64,000 nucleotides of DNA from contig NC_087436.1 of NCBI RefSeq assembly GCF_036321535.1, positions 21,268,001 to 21,332,000 of the forward strand. Reading direction: 5' to 3'. Position 1 is the stretch's first letter. The number at the start of each line of letters is the position of its first letter. Origin of the DNA: Camelus dromedarius (lineage: Eukaryota). The position numbers and the translations under genes are program-made. The notes below the pieces were generated by a model. It had not been told where the DNA came from and ran no database searches. It saw only the letters and a program-made list of their open reading frames with translations. Shown one piece after another: positions 12,591-24,080 of this stretch.

Positions 12591-13369
12591 TTCGAAGTGG
12601 AAAAATTACAAAGACCTAAAAATATTATGTATGCAGTTCTTTAATATCATCAAGATTTTAAATTAACTTTTTAGTGTGACTGCAGCCCAAAGTTAAAAGC
12701 AAATGATCAGCTGATGTCCAGAAGGAGTCGGCAGTGTTGGAATTCTACAGATGGCTTAGATAATACTGAAAAGTCATAAAGTGTTAAATTCACATGAAAT
12801 TTAGCACTGGTTTCTACATTCTAAAAATCCATTCAGTTAATATGTTACTTCAAAATAAATAAGTAGCATCTCTTAGTAAAGTTATGTCTTTATGGATACC
12901 TTCCTATCAAGCAGTAAGCTTGAACAAATTAATAGAGAAGTAAAGAGAAAAGAAAATACAGTATAATGTCATTTATCCAGGGCCATCAAGGAATCATACC
13001 TTTTTGTAAGTAAGTGATTTCTCTAGATACTGACGGCTCCGTCTTTAAACACAGATAACTTTTTAAAACTTTAATTCTTACATAGGAATCTTTCTAAAAT
13101 GCCTTACTACATAATTCATGGAACATAATTCACCCATTCCCCAATGACATAAGCTAAGTATTACAGGCATTAATTTCTATACTGCACTTCAGTGAAGCTC
13201 TCAGGCCGCTGGACTGTATGGAGGGTCATTTGCTCCTATACTGAATAGTGCCAAACTGCTGCTTGTATAGTTCATCCATAAATTTTTAAATACAGTATTT
13301 TTTTTCTCTGAAGTTTTATCAGTTGTCACTTCTCCCCTTCTAATGATATGGTTTATAGGATGCCAAACT

Positions 13370-13710
13370 TGTTTCCTGCCTCAGGGACTTTGCACATGCT
13401 GTTCCTTAAGTCCAGGATGTTCTCTCCTCTCTTTGCCAGGCAGACTTTGACATTTAGGCCTTCCCTTTCCTGACCACCCTCAGCCCAGCCACCACCCATG
13501 CAGAGGAGGGCATGATTTTAGTGACCCCATCACTTACCCCTGTAGTGATTTTTGTAATTTTGCAATCCAAGTTTTCTTTGTATTTATTTATTTAGTATTT
13601 AACTCCCCAGGCAGAATGTAAAGTCCAAGAAGATAGTAACCATGTCTACTTTACTTGCCATTACATACTTACTGCATAGCACAGGGCTTGGTATTTAGAA
13701 ATATTTGTAC
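13370..13710 (+). mobile_element. L2 fragment
   Basis: tcctgcctcagggactttgcacatgctgttcc ... agaatgtaaagtccaagaagatag. Confidence 0.7.
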
Positions 13711-15189
13711 ATAAAATAGTTCCCCTAAGACTATGAAGTTGTAAGATTTTTGAGACAATTAGTTTAGATGCATGGGCCGCACTGAATAGAAAGGCATGCT
13801 TTCAAAACCTGTTCCACTTAAGAAAAAGAGCTCCAATACTAAACCCATACATAATAAAATAAACGTAACTAAATTTTATCAAAACATGTGCACAAAACAC
13901 CTTGGGAAAATGACAAAAAGAAGAAAGAACGCAATATATCCTTTTGCTATAGTTTATGTGTCACTCTGTGTGTCAGCTGACTGTGTCCCCCTCCCCCATC
14001 CATTTCTTGGCTCCCCGGTTGAAATGATATGGTTAAAATTTAAAAGGCCCTTGGAAAATGAGATAAATAGCCAAGAAATGAGCGGCAATGAGTTGCAGGG
14101 CACTAGACAGATTGGGCTAGCGATTACAGAGGCCGCGAAGACATTATCTAAGCGATGAACCCTTGCAGCAGGAAATTACAGCAGTAAAACACAGAATTTA
14201 GCCAAGCAGCACCTGCCACTTATTTATTTATTTTTAACATGCTCCAAATGGGAATGTTTGTCTCAGTCACAAAATGAGTCACCCTCACTGAATCTGGCAC
14301 AGATTAAACTGGAAAACAAAAGCAATTACATAAACTACACACTTTAATAAGGCAGATACAAAGGTTCTCTGGATTAGGGTACAAAGCACAATTTAGCCAC
14401 AGAATAAAGCTTGATGCTCGACAAGAGAACTGACATCAGCACCCTTGCTAATCACAGCACAAAAGCTCCTCTATGTTTTGTCTGAGCACAAAATGGGTCC
14501 ACATAAATCAGCCTTTGTTATCTGAAAATATCTGGGATTCTTAAAGTTTGCCCTATTTTTATCCCTGCTGCCTTGGTAGCCCCGGAGAAAGCTGCACATG
14601 GCTTCACCAGCCCTGCAGAGCAGTAACAGTCAAAAAAGGACACGTTTTCTAGAAACCTTCCAAAACACTCAAAGCAATTTTAAACAAAAGTCGTATGAAG
14701 AATATTTTTAACTGCTGGACTTCCATGACAAGCAAGTTTGCTTGAGAGGAACTATGCACAGAGATTAATTTTGTTGTCCTTTCTTACGTGCAATCGTCAC
14801 TTCAATCTGAAGTTGAATAAATGATGCAGTGATAAGAACCCATCAGCAGGTCTACAGTTTGTAGTAGCTTAAAAGCACCACATTCCCATACCAATGTCCA
14901 ATCTCAGGGTTTCAAGATTAACTTTGGCCAATACATTAACGTCAAAAGAGAACAGCATGTGGAGTTAGTCCATGGATCCCAATGGAAATATATTTAGATC
15001 AGACTGCCAAATTAAATAGCCGTAATGCTTGGAGTATTTGCATTGTAAGTACCCATTCTGTAAGTTCGGTGACTGCCTACTGCCTATAGGATAAAGCCAA
15101 ACTCTATGGTAGGGCACACGGGGCTCTCCCAGCCCGTCTCTATCTGTCCAGCTTCACTTCTTGTCTTTCTGCCTTCCCCACACATCAGA

Positions 15190-15465
15190 AATGCTTGCAT
15201 GTCCCCTAACACTCTGCTCCTGTCCTGCCTCGGGCCTTGATACATGCTGCCCCTCGGGACGTAATCCATCCCCTGGATTTAGCTCAGACTTTGCGGCACC
15301 ATCCCTGCGTGGCCCTCTCCAAACTCTCTGTTTCTCCCTTGTTCCTAGTGACAGTGTTTGACATCCCTGCAACTGAGCTTCTTGAAGGCTGGAACCATGT
15401 CTCTTCACCTTTCATCTTTCTTCTCCTAGTCCCAAGGAGGTGCTCAGTCGATATTTGCTGAATAT
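15190..15465 (+). mobile_element. L2 3' fragment
   Basis: cctgcctcgggccttg...ctgagcttcttgaaggc...aggtgctcagtcgatatttgctgaat. Confidence 0.65.
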
Positions 15466-15925
15466 GCCAATCAACGGAGATATGGATGAAAATATGGGCG
15501 TTCTCATATTCTCTGTGCGCGATGGGGATATTAACATGACTGCAGTCTGCCCAGCCCATTTGCCATTAGCTGACAAGAACCTGTCAGGCAAGGCAGAGGT
15601 GCACAAACCATAAATTGTTTTGCTTTAAAAACTCTACAGATACGAGAGGAGTTTTTAAACTTTACTTTAAAGGAACTGTTCTTTGAAATAATTTTTGTAG
15701 TTAAGCCAACTGCACACGTATTACTGGATATAGACTTGTCACAAGGAAGCAAGGTTTTAAGATAGGTTTATCACTACACACTACAGAGTACGAATATGAA
15801 CACATTGGCAAGTAAGGACAGACGGAGTCCCATTACCTAATGGGGAGAAAAAGTTTCCAATCTAGATTATCCACAAACATGGGGCAGGGACGGGTAGTGG
15901 GGGAGTCAGGGGTAGTGTGGGGGGT

Positions 15926-16030
15926 GGGGGAGGGTAATAGCTCAGTGGTAGAGCCTTGCTTGGCATGCACAAGGTCCCGGGTTCAATCCCCAGTACCTCC
16001 ATTAAATTAAAAAAAAAAGATTAAGAAAAG
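15926..16030 (+). mobile_element. tRNA-Ala-derived SINE, short form
   Basis: gggggagggtaatagctcagtggtagag...gggttcaatccccagtacctcc plus A tail. Confidence 0.9.
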
Positions 16031-16299
16031 AAAATATTATAGATTAGCCCCAAACTATTACCTGCAGTAATGTTATTAAACAAATTCACAAAATATGCTT
16101 AATTTGCCTACGTGGCAAACACCCCTCCTGCCGCATACACTTGTTTTCTAAACTCTCTGGTGTGACTGATCTAGCATGTGCTTGGTGTAATGCTTTCCTA
16201 GACTCCCTAATCCCTTTCACTGGACTTTCACTGGAAGTGCTAATTACTGAAGAAATAGTCAATATATGGGTGGGCAAAAGAGAAGAGGTCAGAGTGGTC

Positions 16300-16581
16300 C
16301 AGTGATTTTCAACTCTAACTCCAGATAAGAAATATCTGGAAAACTACTTTAGAAAAAAATTGAGTGGGAAGGGTACAGTTCAGTAGCAGAACCCATGCTT
16401 ATTAGCATGCACGAGGTCCTGGGTTCAATCCCCAGTACCTCCAATTAAACAAACAAACAAACTGAATAACGTACCAAAAAACGAAACAAAACAGTTGTAG
16501 TATGGGCATCAGCCCTGGCATAGATTGTTTTCAATGCTCACCAGGTGATTCAAATATGCCACTAAGACTTGAGAACCACTG
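16300..16581. mobile_element. MER5-type hAT MITE interrupted by a SINE
   Basis: Terminal inverted repeats cagtgattttcaa (16300-16312) and ttgagaaccactg (16569-16581); internal ccaggtgattc motif. Confidence 0.75.
16366..16462 (+). mobile_element. tRNA-Ala-derived SINE nested in the MER5-type element
   Basis: gggaagggtacagttcagtagcaga...gcatgcacgaggtcctgggttcaatccccagtacctcc plus (AAAC)n tail. Confidence 0.9.
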
Positions 16582-17849
16582 GTCCAATCATTGGTCAGAA
16601 TTAGGTTGCTCCTTAAAACAGAATTACAAAGCCCAAAGCACAGAAGTCCTTTAAGTTTGTGTCTAATTCCTTATCTTTTCAAGTCTTCTGCTCTTGCTCG
16701 TGCAGTTGATATGTCCCTTCTTATTTTTGTTCCCAATATTTATCCCATTGGTGAATATGTATGAACTCCTTTCTACTGTTAGAAACCTAGTCCATTCTTC
16801 AAGGTTCTGTCCAAATCTCCCCCTTTCCTTGCCATACCTTCCCTCTGGAGTCTTGGCAACTCATCAGTCACTGCCCTGACACATCTCTTACGTCACTATG
16901 GGACAGCTTGGAACCATCTGTAATTTTACTACATGTTTCCAAATGTTCCAAATGCTTGTGAATTATCTTCCCAACTAGACACTGTGTCCTTTGAAAGCCG
17001 AGACCATTCCTTAAATTTTTTTGTATCTGAGACAGCACTTCACACATTGTGAAGCCCTCAAAGCCTCAATGGGACGCTTTTAAATTCTTCCGTTCATCAC
17101 AAGGATTGCAGAGAGCCAGTGAACTTAAATGAAAAGATCTCAGGGAAAGGGAAGAGAAGTCCAAAGGCGTGATGAGGGGAGTCCAAACTTCCTTCACAGG
17201 ATGCCATACAAGATTCTTCAAAACTATCCCTACCTGCCTGTCTCTCTAGCAAACTAGCACATTTTGTTTGGTTTTGAGTCCAGCATGCCCCACCTCTCTC
17301 ACTCAGTGAGCTCCTACTCGTTCTTCATGACCCAGCTCAAGACCTCTTCTTTGCAGCTTCCATCAACTTCCTCTGAGTTAAGGCAACTACCAGCTCCTGC
17401 TTCTCTGAGCTCTCAGCACATGGGTCCTGAAAAGCCCATTAACAAGGCCATCCCATTAGCACAGTTCAGAAAGAACTCTGATGACTGCACTGAGGTCTCT
17501 CATAGCTGCCCAAACCTCAAGTGGACCTTGAGCTGATAAGCTGAGGAACGGCACTTTCTATGTCCTTGAGCCAACTGCCTTTCCATCATGAAACACCACC
17601 ACTGTAACTCTATATTCCTAAGTCTATATTATCCTAGGAAACTGGGGGAAAAGGAGAGGGGAACTTTCTTATTCTGACATCTCTTAAAAGGTCTTTCATG
17701 ACTGGTATGTAAGGAAAGGTCATTACTATGAAGTCTTTGTTAGAATTCAAAATATATGTATCATCTCAGAAATCTGTGAAACGATATGGTTGAAGATACA
17801 CGTTTCACAAAATGAAAATGCTATTTTTCATAAGATAGGCTTTACTCTA

Positions 17850-18240
17850 AACTTCATCAGCAGGGTAATGACTAAATTTAAGTAAATTATGAGACATTGA
17901 TACAATAATAAATCAATGCAAAACATTTAAAAAGTGAGTAGATCTGTATATATGAAAAATACCCACAAAGTAACTGTTAAATTAAAAAAAAAAAAGCAAG
18001 TTGCAGAATTGTATGATGCTACTTTGTCTGAAATGATTGTGTGTTTGTATGCATGCACCAACTATGTTTAGAGAGCAGGTCTGGAAGGAGACACCGGAAG
18101 TGTTAACTGTGGTCATTCCAGGAATAGGAATGGGAGGGTCAGACCAGTTTTGCATTTTTATTTTATATGATTTTGTGCAGTCTGATTTTTTTCAAGGAGC
18201 TTTCATTTATTACTGCTATAGTTTTAAAACTATTATGTTT
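17850..18240 (+). mobile_element. Very old L1 (L1ME-like) 3' fragment
   Basis: aaaagcaagttgcagaattgtatg...aggtctggaaggagacacc...gttaactgtggtcatt; strongly diverged. Confidence 0.55.
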
Positions 18241-19163
18241 TAAAAGCTTTTGCCTAAAAATGCTCTAAAAAATAAAGTCTATTAACTAATATTTTAAAAT
18301 CTAGGAATAGTGTACACAACACAAAAAAGTCTATGTATGTATGGAAATGCATACTCTTCTTCTTATTCTGCAATTAGTGAATAAATTTAGCCTTTCTTTT
18401 AAATATAGAATTCCAGGATACATCTGGAGAGAGCCTTAGTCAGGAAACAGCTTAGACAAAGTATAACTACTTTGTTTTAAAAACTAGAATTAAGAGGGTT
18501 TAAAAAAAAAAAAGGAAAGTTGGGAGCACTTAAAATAGAGGAACAAATTTCTTCCCTCAAAGTCTGGTGGTTATAATATTCTTACAATTTTAATTTGCTT
18601 TAAAAACCATGTCTGTAATGGTAATATACTTAGATATTTAAATATCTATAATCAGCACTCTGGGAATTACTTTTTATCTATGAAAGATATTAAATTTCTA
18701 TAATAATACAACCAGGGTAAATAAAATAAAGAAAAACAAATTAACCATGAAGCAGGGACAAAAGAAAACAATTTGCTTTAAAATACTTGAGTTGTTTTCC
18801 AGGAAGCACCATCTTTTCTCGCAGAGCAAAATAAGGAAAAAACAGGCTTGTGGAAGTTTCCACTCCGCTGGCTCTGTCATTATGATCATCTGTTCCAAAC
18901 ACACACAAGCCTAAAATTTCCTGTTTTCAAACTATTGTCACCATTTTCTAGCCTAGTGTTATCTGTGCTAACTTTAGCTTAGTAATATAAACAAAAGAAT
19001 ACACCAAAAATAATGCAGAACAATGCCTAGATGTAGGCTAACAACTGTGCCACAAACCTTTTACCTTCAAGTTCACATACGATGCCTAGACAAAAACAAA
19101 AAAACAAATTAGCTAGACCTAAACCAATTTCACAGTAGCAAAACTAGCCCCCCTCAACACAAA

Positions 19164-19233
19164 AAATCAAATTTAACTCAAATGCTACAGTAGCACCTCC
19201 CTAAATCAAATTTAACTCAAATGCTACGGTGGC
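19164..19233 (+). repeat. Local direct duplication, 25 bp perfect, period 39
   Basis: aaatcaaatttaactcaaatgctac at 19164-19188 and 19203-19227. Confidence 0.95.
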
Positions 19234-19399
19234 TGGGGACAAATTCAGGGAATTTTAAATTATTAATTAATAGTACATAACATTTACTCATTGAAATCAT
19301 TGCTAAACTGATGCCTACCTCAAAGCTCTGGTGTTAAGTCCTCCGTAAAACAAACAAAAAAGTAATGACAAAAACTTCCTAGTATTTAATATGCCACAA

Positions 19400-19548
19400 A
19401 TTAGTTCTTACACCTTTTGGGGTCATAGACTGCTTTGAGAATCTAATAAAAGCAATTTTGAATCTTTTCTTTAGAAAAAGACACATACATGGTATTAGAC
19501 AGTTTCAGGGGTTCACAGAACCCCTGAGGCGCATGTTAAGAATGCTGG
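19400..19548. mobile_element. hAT-Charlie-type non-autonomous element
   Basis: ccttttggggtcatagactgctttgagaatct...tttcaggggttcacagaacccctgag...gttaagaa. Confidence 0.6.
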
Positions 19549-20386
19549 AAATAGGCCTATCCTTTAATACTTCTCGCCACAAAGCACAGCTTGATAGGAA
19601 ACCCAGGACCCCAACCTCAGTGACTGAAGCTGCGCAGGAAAGTAGGTCACCTCATGGCAATACCTCTCAGTACAGCACTGTGGGGCAGGCTGAGTTTATC
19701 TTCACCTGTGAATACTAGTTCGTACCTCATCAGATTCCCAATTAGCAGGGCTGTGGAGAGACAGTGACTTCGGGGCTTTTCAAGGCTTCCTTACTCTGGG
19801 GAGGAGGCTGACGGCGGGGGGTGGCTGTGTAGCTGAACCTGCACTGGGACGAAGGACCACCTGCTCTGGGTTTCCTCTGACCTCACCCTTTTCCTATCAG
19901 CGTGTGCACTGAGAGTCAGTGAGCTCACACTAGGGTCTGGCCCTGGGAAAGTGGGGTCAGGGAGTCCACTTTAATGCTTGGAATCAGCCTTCAGCCTGCC
20001 TCTGGCCTAGACAAAGGGTACTTGGAGTCCATGTAATCTGGCCCACTCGAGAGTTAGGATGGGAGCCGGAGCCAGTGACAGAGCAAGTATGTTCCTGGCT
20101 ATGTCTTTTGTGTGGCTCCCTAAGAACCTGTGGAGGCAGAGGTAGTACAAATGTCTCGGCAGATTCCTGCCAATCTAGCTGAAAACAGCAAAAGTCAATG
20201 AGGGGCTGTGAGCGTTATCAGGAGCTCCAAACGCACCCAGAATCATTGAACCATTAATTCTGCCTCTAAGACTCTCACCTAAGGAATTAAGGCAAAATGC
20301 AGATAAATATATAGGCATCAAAGCACTCCACACAATGTTGTTTATATGAGTAAATATTTGAAATGATCTAAACATTCCACAGTACG

Positions 20387-20493
20387 TAGAGTGACCAGCC
20401 ATCCTGGTTTTCCTAGAACTGTCCCTGTTTTAGAAATGAAGTTCCAGGTCCTGGGACATCTCAGTCCTGAACAAACCAGGAAGGTTGGTGACA
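20387..20493. mobile_element. MER81-like hAT-Blackjack MITE
   Basis: tagagtgaccagccatcctggtttt...ctcagtcctgaacaaaccaggaaggttggtgac; self-complementary ends. Confidence 0.75.
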
Positions 20494-21551
20494 GGAGGGG
20501 ACTGAGCAAATCACTAAGACACATCTCCAAAAGGAGTCGTACACAGTCATTAAAATGATGCTTCTGAATGGCATTTTTAAGATTCCCTTCCCCCATGGTT
20601 TGAAAACTTTCCAAAACACTGAGAGATCTTGGCAAGGAACTAATCTTTTCCACTTGGAGTAACTGGAATCTGGTGTGTAGAATACTGGCGACATCTTCCC
20701 TTTTACCTTTTCTGGCTCTCGGTCACCTGTGCCAGGTAAAGCTGACTGCTCCCATCTGTGCCAGCTTCTATTCGCATACTCTCCTCTTGTATGTCAAGCA
20801 GTCCTTGGTACAGCTGCCTTCCTCCCCAAGACCTCGTCTTATTCCCCTTTAATCTCAGTGCTTAGCACAGCACAAACATGCAAGGACTTGGCACCTTCAA
20901 AGGCACATGTGATAACTGTTACCTGAACAAATGAGCAAATGAACCAGCATCTCCTGGCGACCCTGAACATGCTGTCTCTGGTCTTCAATAGCTTAGACTT
21001 CCTGCAACTGGATGCTATGCTAAACCAATGGTGGGCCTTCTTATCACTGTAAGAGTTTGGCCATAAATCCTATCAAATCTCCTCCACAAGCTTCTGTCAA
21101 CAAAAAGCGAAACTAACTTCACCAAGAAACAAGTCAGTGTGAACCGTACGGAACCACGCCAACATGCTGAAGTTCAGAGACTACAACTTCAGCCAGCGCC
21201 TACGGTATTCTGAGAAGTCTACATATTTCAGTTATAAATCATTATTTATGTTCATATATTTATTTATGTACACAAATATTCTTTCTCTTTCTCTGTATAT
21301 ATTCAGCATTGTTGTGCATGTGTGTGTGTGTAATGCCATTCCAGGCTCTGAGGGTAGAATGGAATGTCACTGGAGAGAAGGCAAAATGCCATATTCTGTG
21401 AAGCATAGTGTCAAAGTCCACGATGAAATGAAGAACAAGATGTGAGAGCTTTAACTTCAGCATTGTTGTTTAAGTGGTAGGAAACTAATGTCACATCTTA
21501 AAGTCACATAAGTTTCCAGCACAGATACAAGTTCTAATTGCAGTTTTGGAG

Positions 21552-21737
21552 CAGTGCTGTCCCACAGAACTTTCTGTGATGACGGAAATGGCTACGCCGA
21601 CCATCAGCAGTAGCCACTGGTCACGCGTGGCTACAGAGAACTTGAAAAGTGGCTCGTGCGACCGGGGAACTGATTTTCTAGTTCACATAATTTAATTTAG
21701 CCGCATAGTGCCCAGTAGCTACCACTGGGCAGTGCAG
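21552..21737. mobile_element. MER3-like hAT-Charlie MITE
   Basis: cagtgctgtcccacagaactttctgtgatgacggaaatg...gtagccactggtcacgcgtggcta; 8-bp TSD-like ttttggag / ttttaaag. Confidence 0.85.
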
Positions 21738-23097
21738 TTTTAAAGTCCTTTTCTTTGAGGGAGAAGCAATAACAACTGCTAAAGAGACTACAGCTCTAAA
21801 TAAGAAAACCCACAATATTGAAACTGAGCAGGGTTACTGTGGGCTGCTGGGCCCGAGATGCTAACAATTATGTGACTCTATTTCCTGATTTTTACTGGGT
21901 CTCACAAACTTACTATGCGTGTCATCTATGTTGTTTTTGTTATTTTTTTTTGAAAAGAACATGTTTGCTTAAACAGTGACTTAAAAAGAATATAACACCA
22001 AAACCAACCTGTAATTTTAAAAAATGTATCTTCCACAAACCCAATAAATCCCTAAGCTCTATTTCCTGTTCAGCTATCCAATCCAAAATAATTAATTCTG
22101 GAGTAAAGCTAACATTTTGAGTTCCGGGCAAAAACATTCTCATTTTTTGCCTCTAAGTTTGTTACTGAACATTCACAATTTATGATTAAGTAACACGCTG
22201 ATATTTGGATCACGGTTCAAAAACAATACTTGCACATTGTGAACTAGAGGAAAAGCACTAAAGTGTTACAAAACAAAATTCAAATTTCCATAATGGTATT
22301 TATATGTAATAGGCCAAAATACCTCTTAGTGTAATTTTCTTCTCAACATAAAACTCTGTCTAAAGCTTCCAGAACAAAAGATGTGCGGCAATGAAACATT
22401 TCCTTAGAAAAACATACTTCCAAAGAGATAAATTATGCATTCTGGAGTCACTGACTATAAAGCACATTAAGTTGAAGATGCAAGGAAAAATAACCTCGCC
22501 CAAAGAGGAGAACTAAGCACAAAGTTGAACATGATACAAAAGCTACTCCACAGATAACAGAATCAAGAGGATCTCTGACGTGAATGTGGAAGATTCAGCC
22601 CAGGTGGGGCTGCTGACGCCCTCCCTTCCCTCTATGACCAGGGTGGGTAGGGGGTCATAACCTTTTGTTAAGACCCAATTCTTTGGGGAAAAACACTTTT
22701 TCATTCATGTAACATGTAGATAATGATCTCACCACACAAGAAAAGCTGTTGATTGTTTACCTCTCCTTGTGTTCAACAAATCAGTGCTATCTTGCCCGTT
22801 CTTTGATGTGTTGGCCTTAAAATGAGCCCAGCTTTCTTTTTCCTGTCAACTTTCCAGCTCCCTCTACACCACCCAAGCCTCACAACCTTTGACCAACAGG
22901 AAGTAGATACAATGGACTGAAAACAACAGTGACTGTAAGGATTTGTGTGTGCATGATTTAATGCTTGAGGACCCAGAGAGAAGGGTTGGGGGAGAGAGAA
23001 AAAGACTAGCTGTTTCTGCCAGTACCATTTGGCAGGACCCAACTCATCTTGAACTACAACCAAAACTGCTACCCAAGTTATACAGTTCACAGAAGCT

Positions 23098-23180
23098 AAT
23101 ATAATATAATAATATATATTATATATTATATATATAAATATAATATATATATATATAATGTATAATAATATGCATATAGA
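23098..23180. repeat. AT-rich low-complexity (TA)n-like tract
   Basis: Read directly. Confidence 0.9.
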
Positions 23181-23938
23181 TACATGACATGTAGTTGACA
23201 GAAGATAACTTACACCCTCATCTGCTTTAACTATATTAGACAATCAGAGTTATTCACAAAATGCTGGCATCTGAGGTAACAGACAACTGACTGTGTCTGA
23301 CTTGCCAACTTGGAAGTTCACTAAAGTCTGCAAAAGCTAAAAATAAACACACAAACATGTTTACAGCATTTTAAAAATACAGGATCCACACTGTTTTCCA
23401 AATATAAACCTTGAGTTTGGAGCACAGGGATTGGCTTTGGGTTTTTAGAGACGTCACTGGGACATCCTACACTTAACCACAGAAATTCACATTTCAGCGT
23501 TTTGCTTTAAAATATATAATTGGTGGTATTTAAGGTGGATCTGGAATGGAGAAGACGAGCAGGAGAAGATGGTATCTCTTCCCCCAATTAATGAGAGGGC
23601 TTCGGAAGACCACAGCCCCCTAACTCTTTGTGGTGGGACCAGACCGTCATGAAATTCTGAAAAGGGATATCCTGCTTGTATTTTTTCCACTCAATATATC
23701 CACCCTCCAATCCAGTCCCTGCCCCTTTCCCAAGACTGTTGGTGCTACTGAAGTAGATACGTGTAGACAGAAAGTCAGGTGGAACATACACAAATGCATA
23801 AAAGCCCCCATGTTCCAGCTGGTACACTGACTGTAGGCTTGTTGTTCTTGTCCTGTTCCTGAAAAGTGAAAATTCTAAATCAAACACGGGGAAAATTTCC
23901 AAGGAAAACCCATCATGCTCACATCAACTGGGATTGCC

Positions 23939-23953
23939 GGGGGGGGGGGGGGG
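23939..23953 (+). repeat. Poly-G tract G15
   Basis: Read directly. Confidence 0.95.
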
Positions 23954-23993
23954 AGGCCAGGCCGGGCTACTAACACTATTAAAGATTCAAAGG

Positions 23994-24080
23994 CAGGATG
24001 GAAATAGCTCAGTGGTAGAGTGCCTGTTTAGCATGCATAAGGTCCTGGGTTCAATCTCCAGTACCTCCATTTAAAAAAAA
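23994..24080 (+). mobile_element. tRNA-Ala-derived SINE, short form
   Basis: atagctcagtggtagagtgcctgtttagcatgcataaggtcctgggttcaatctccagtacctcc plus A tail; TSD aaagattcaaagg (23981-23993) / aaagatttgaagg (24079-24091). Confidence 0.9.

Noticed and set aside
22773..23243. 156-aa hydrophobic ORF
   Set aside because: The I/Y-rich stretch is translation of an (AT)n low-complexity tract.
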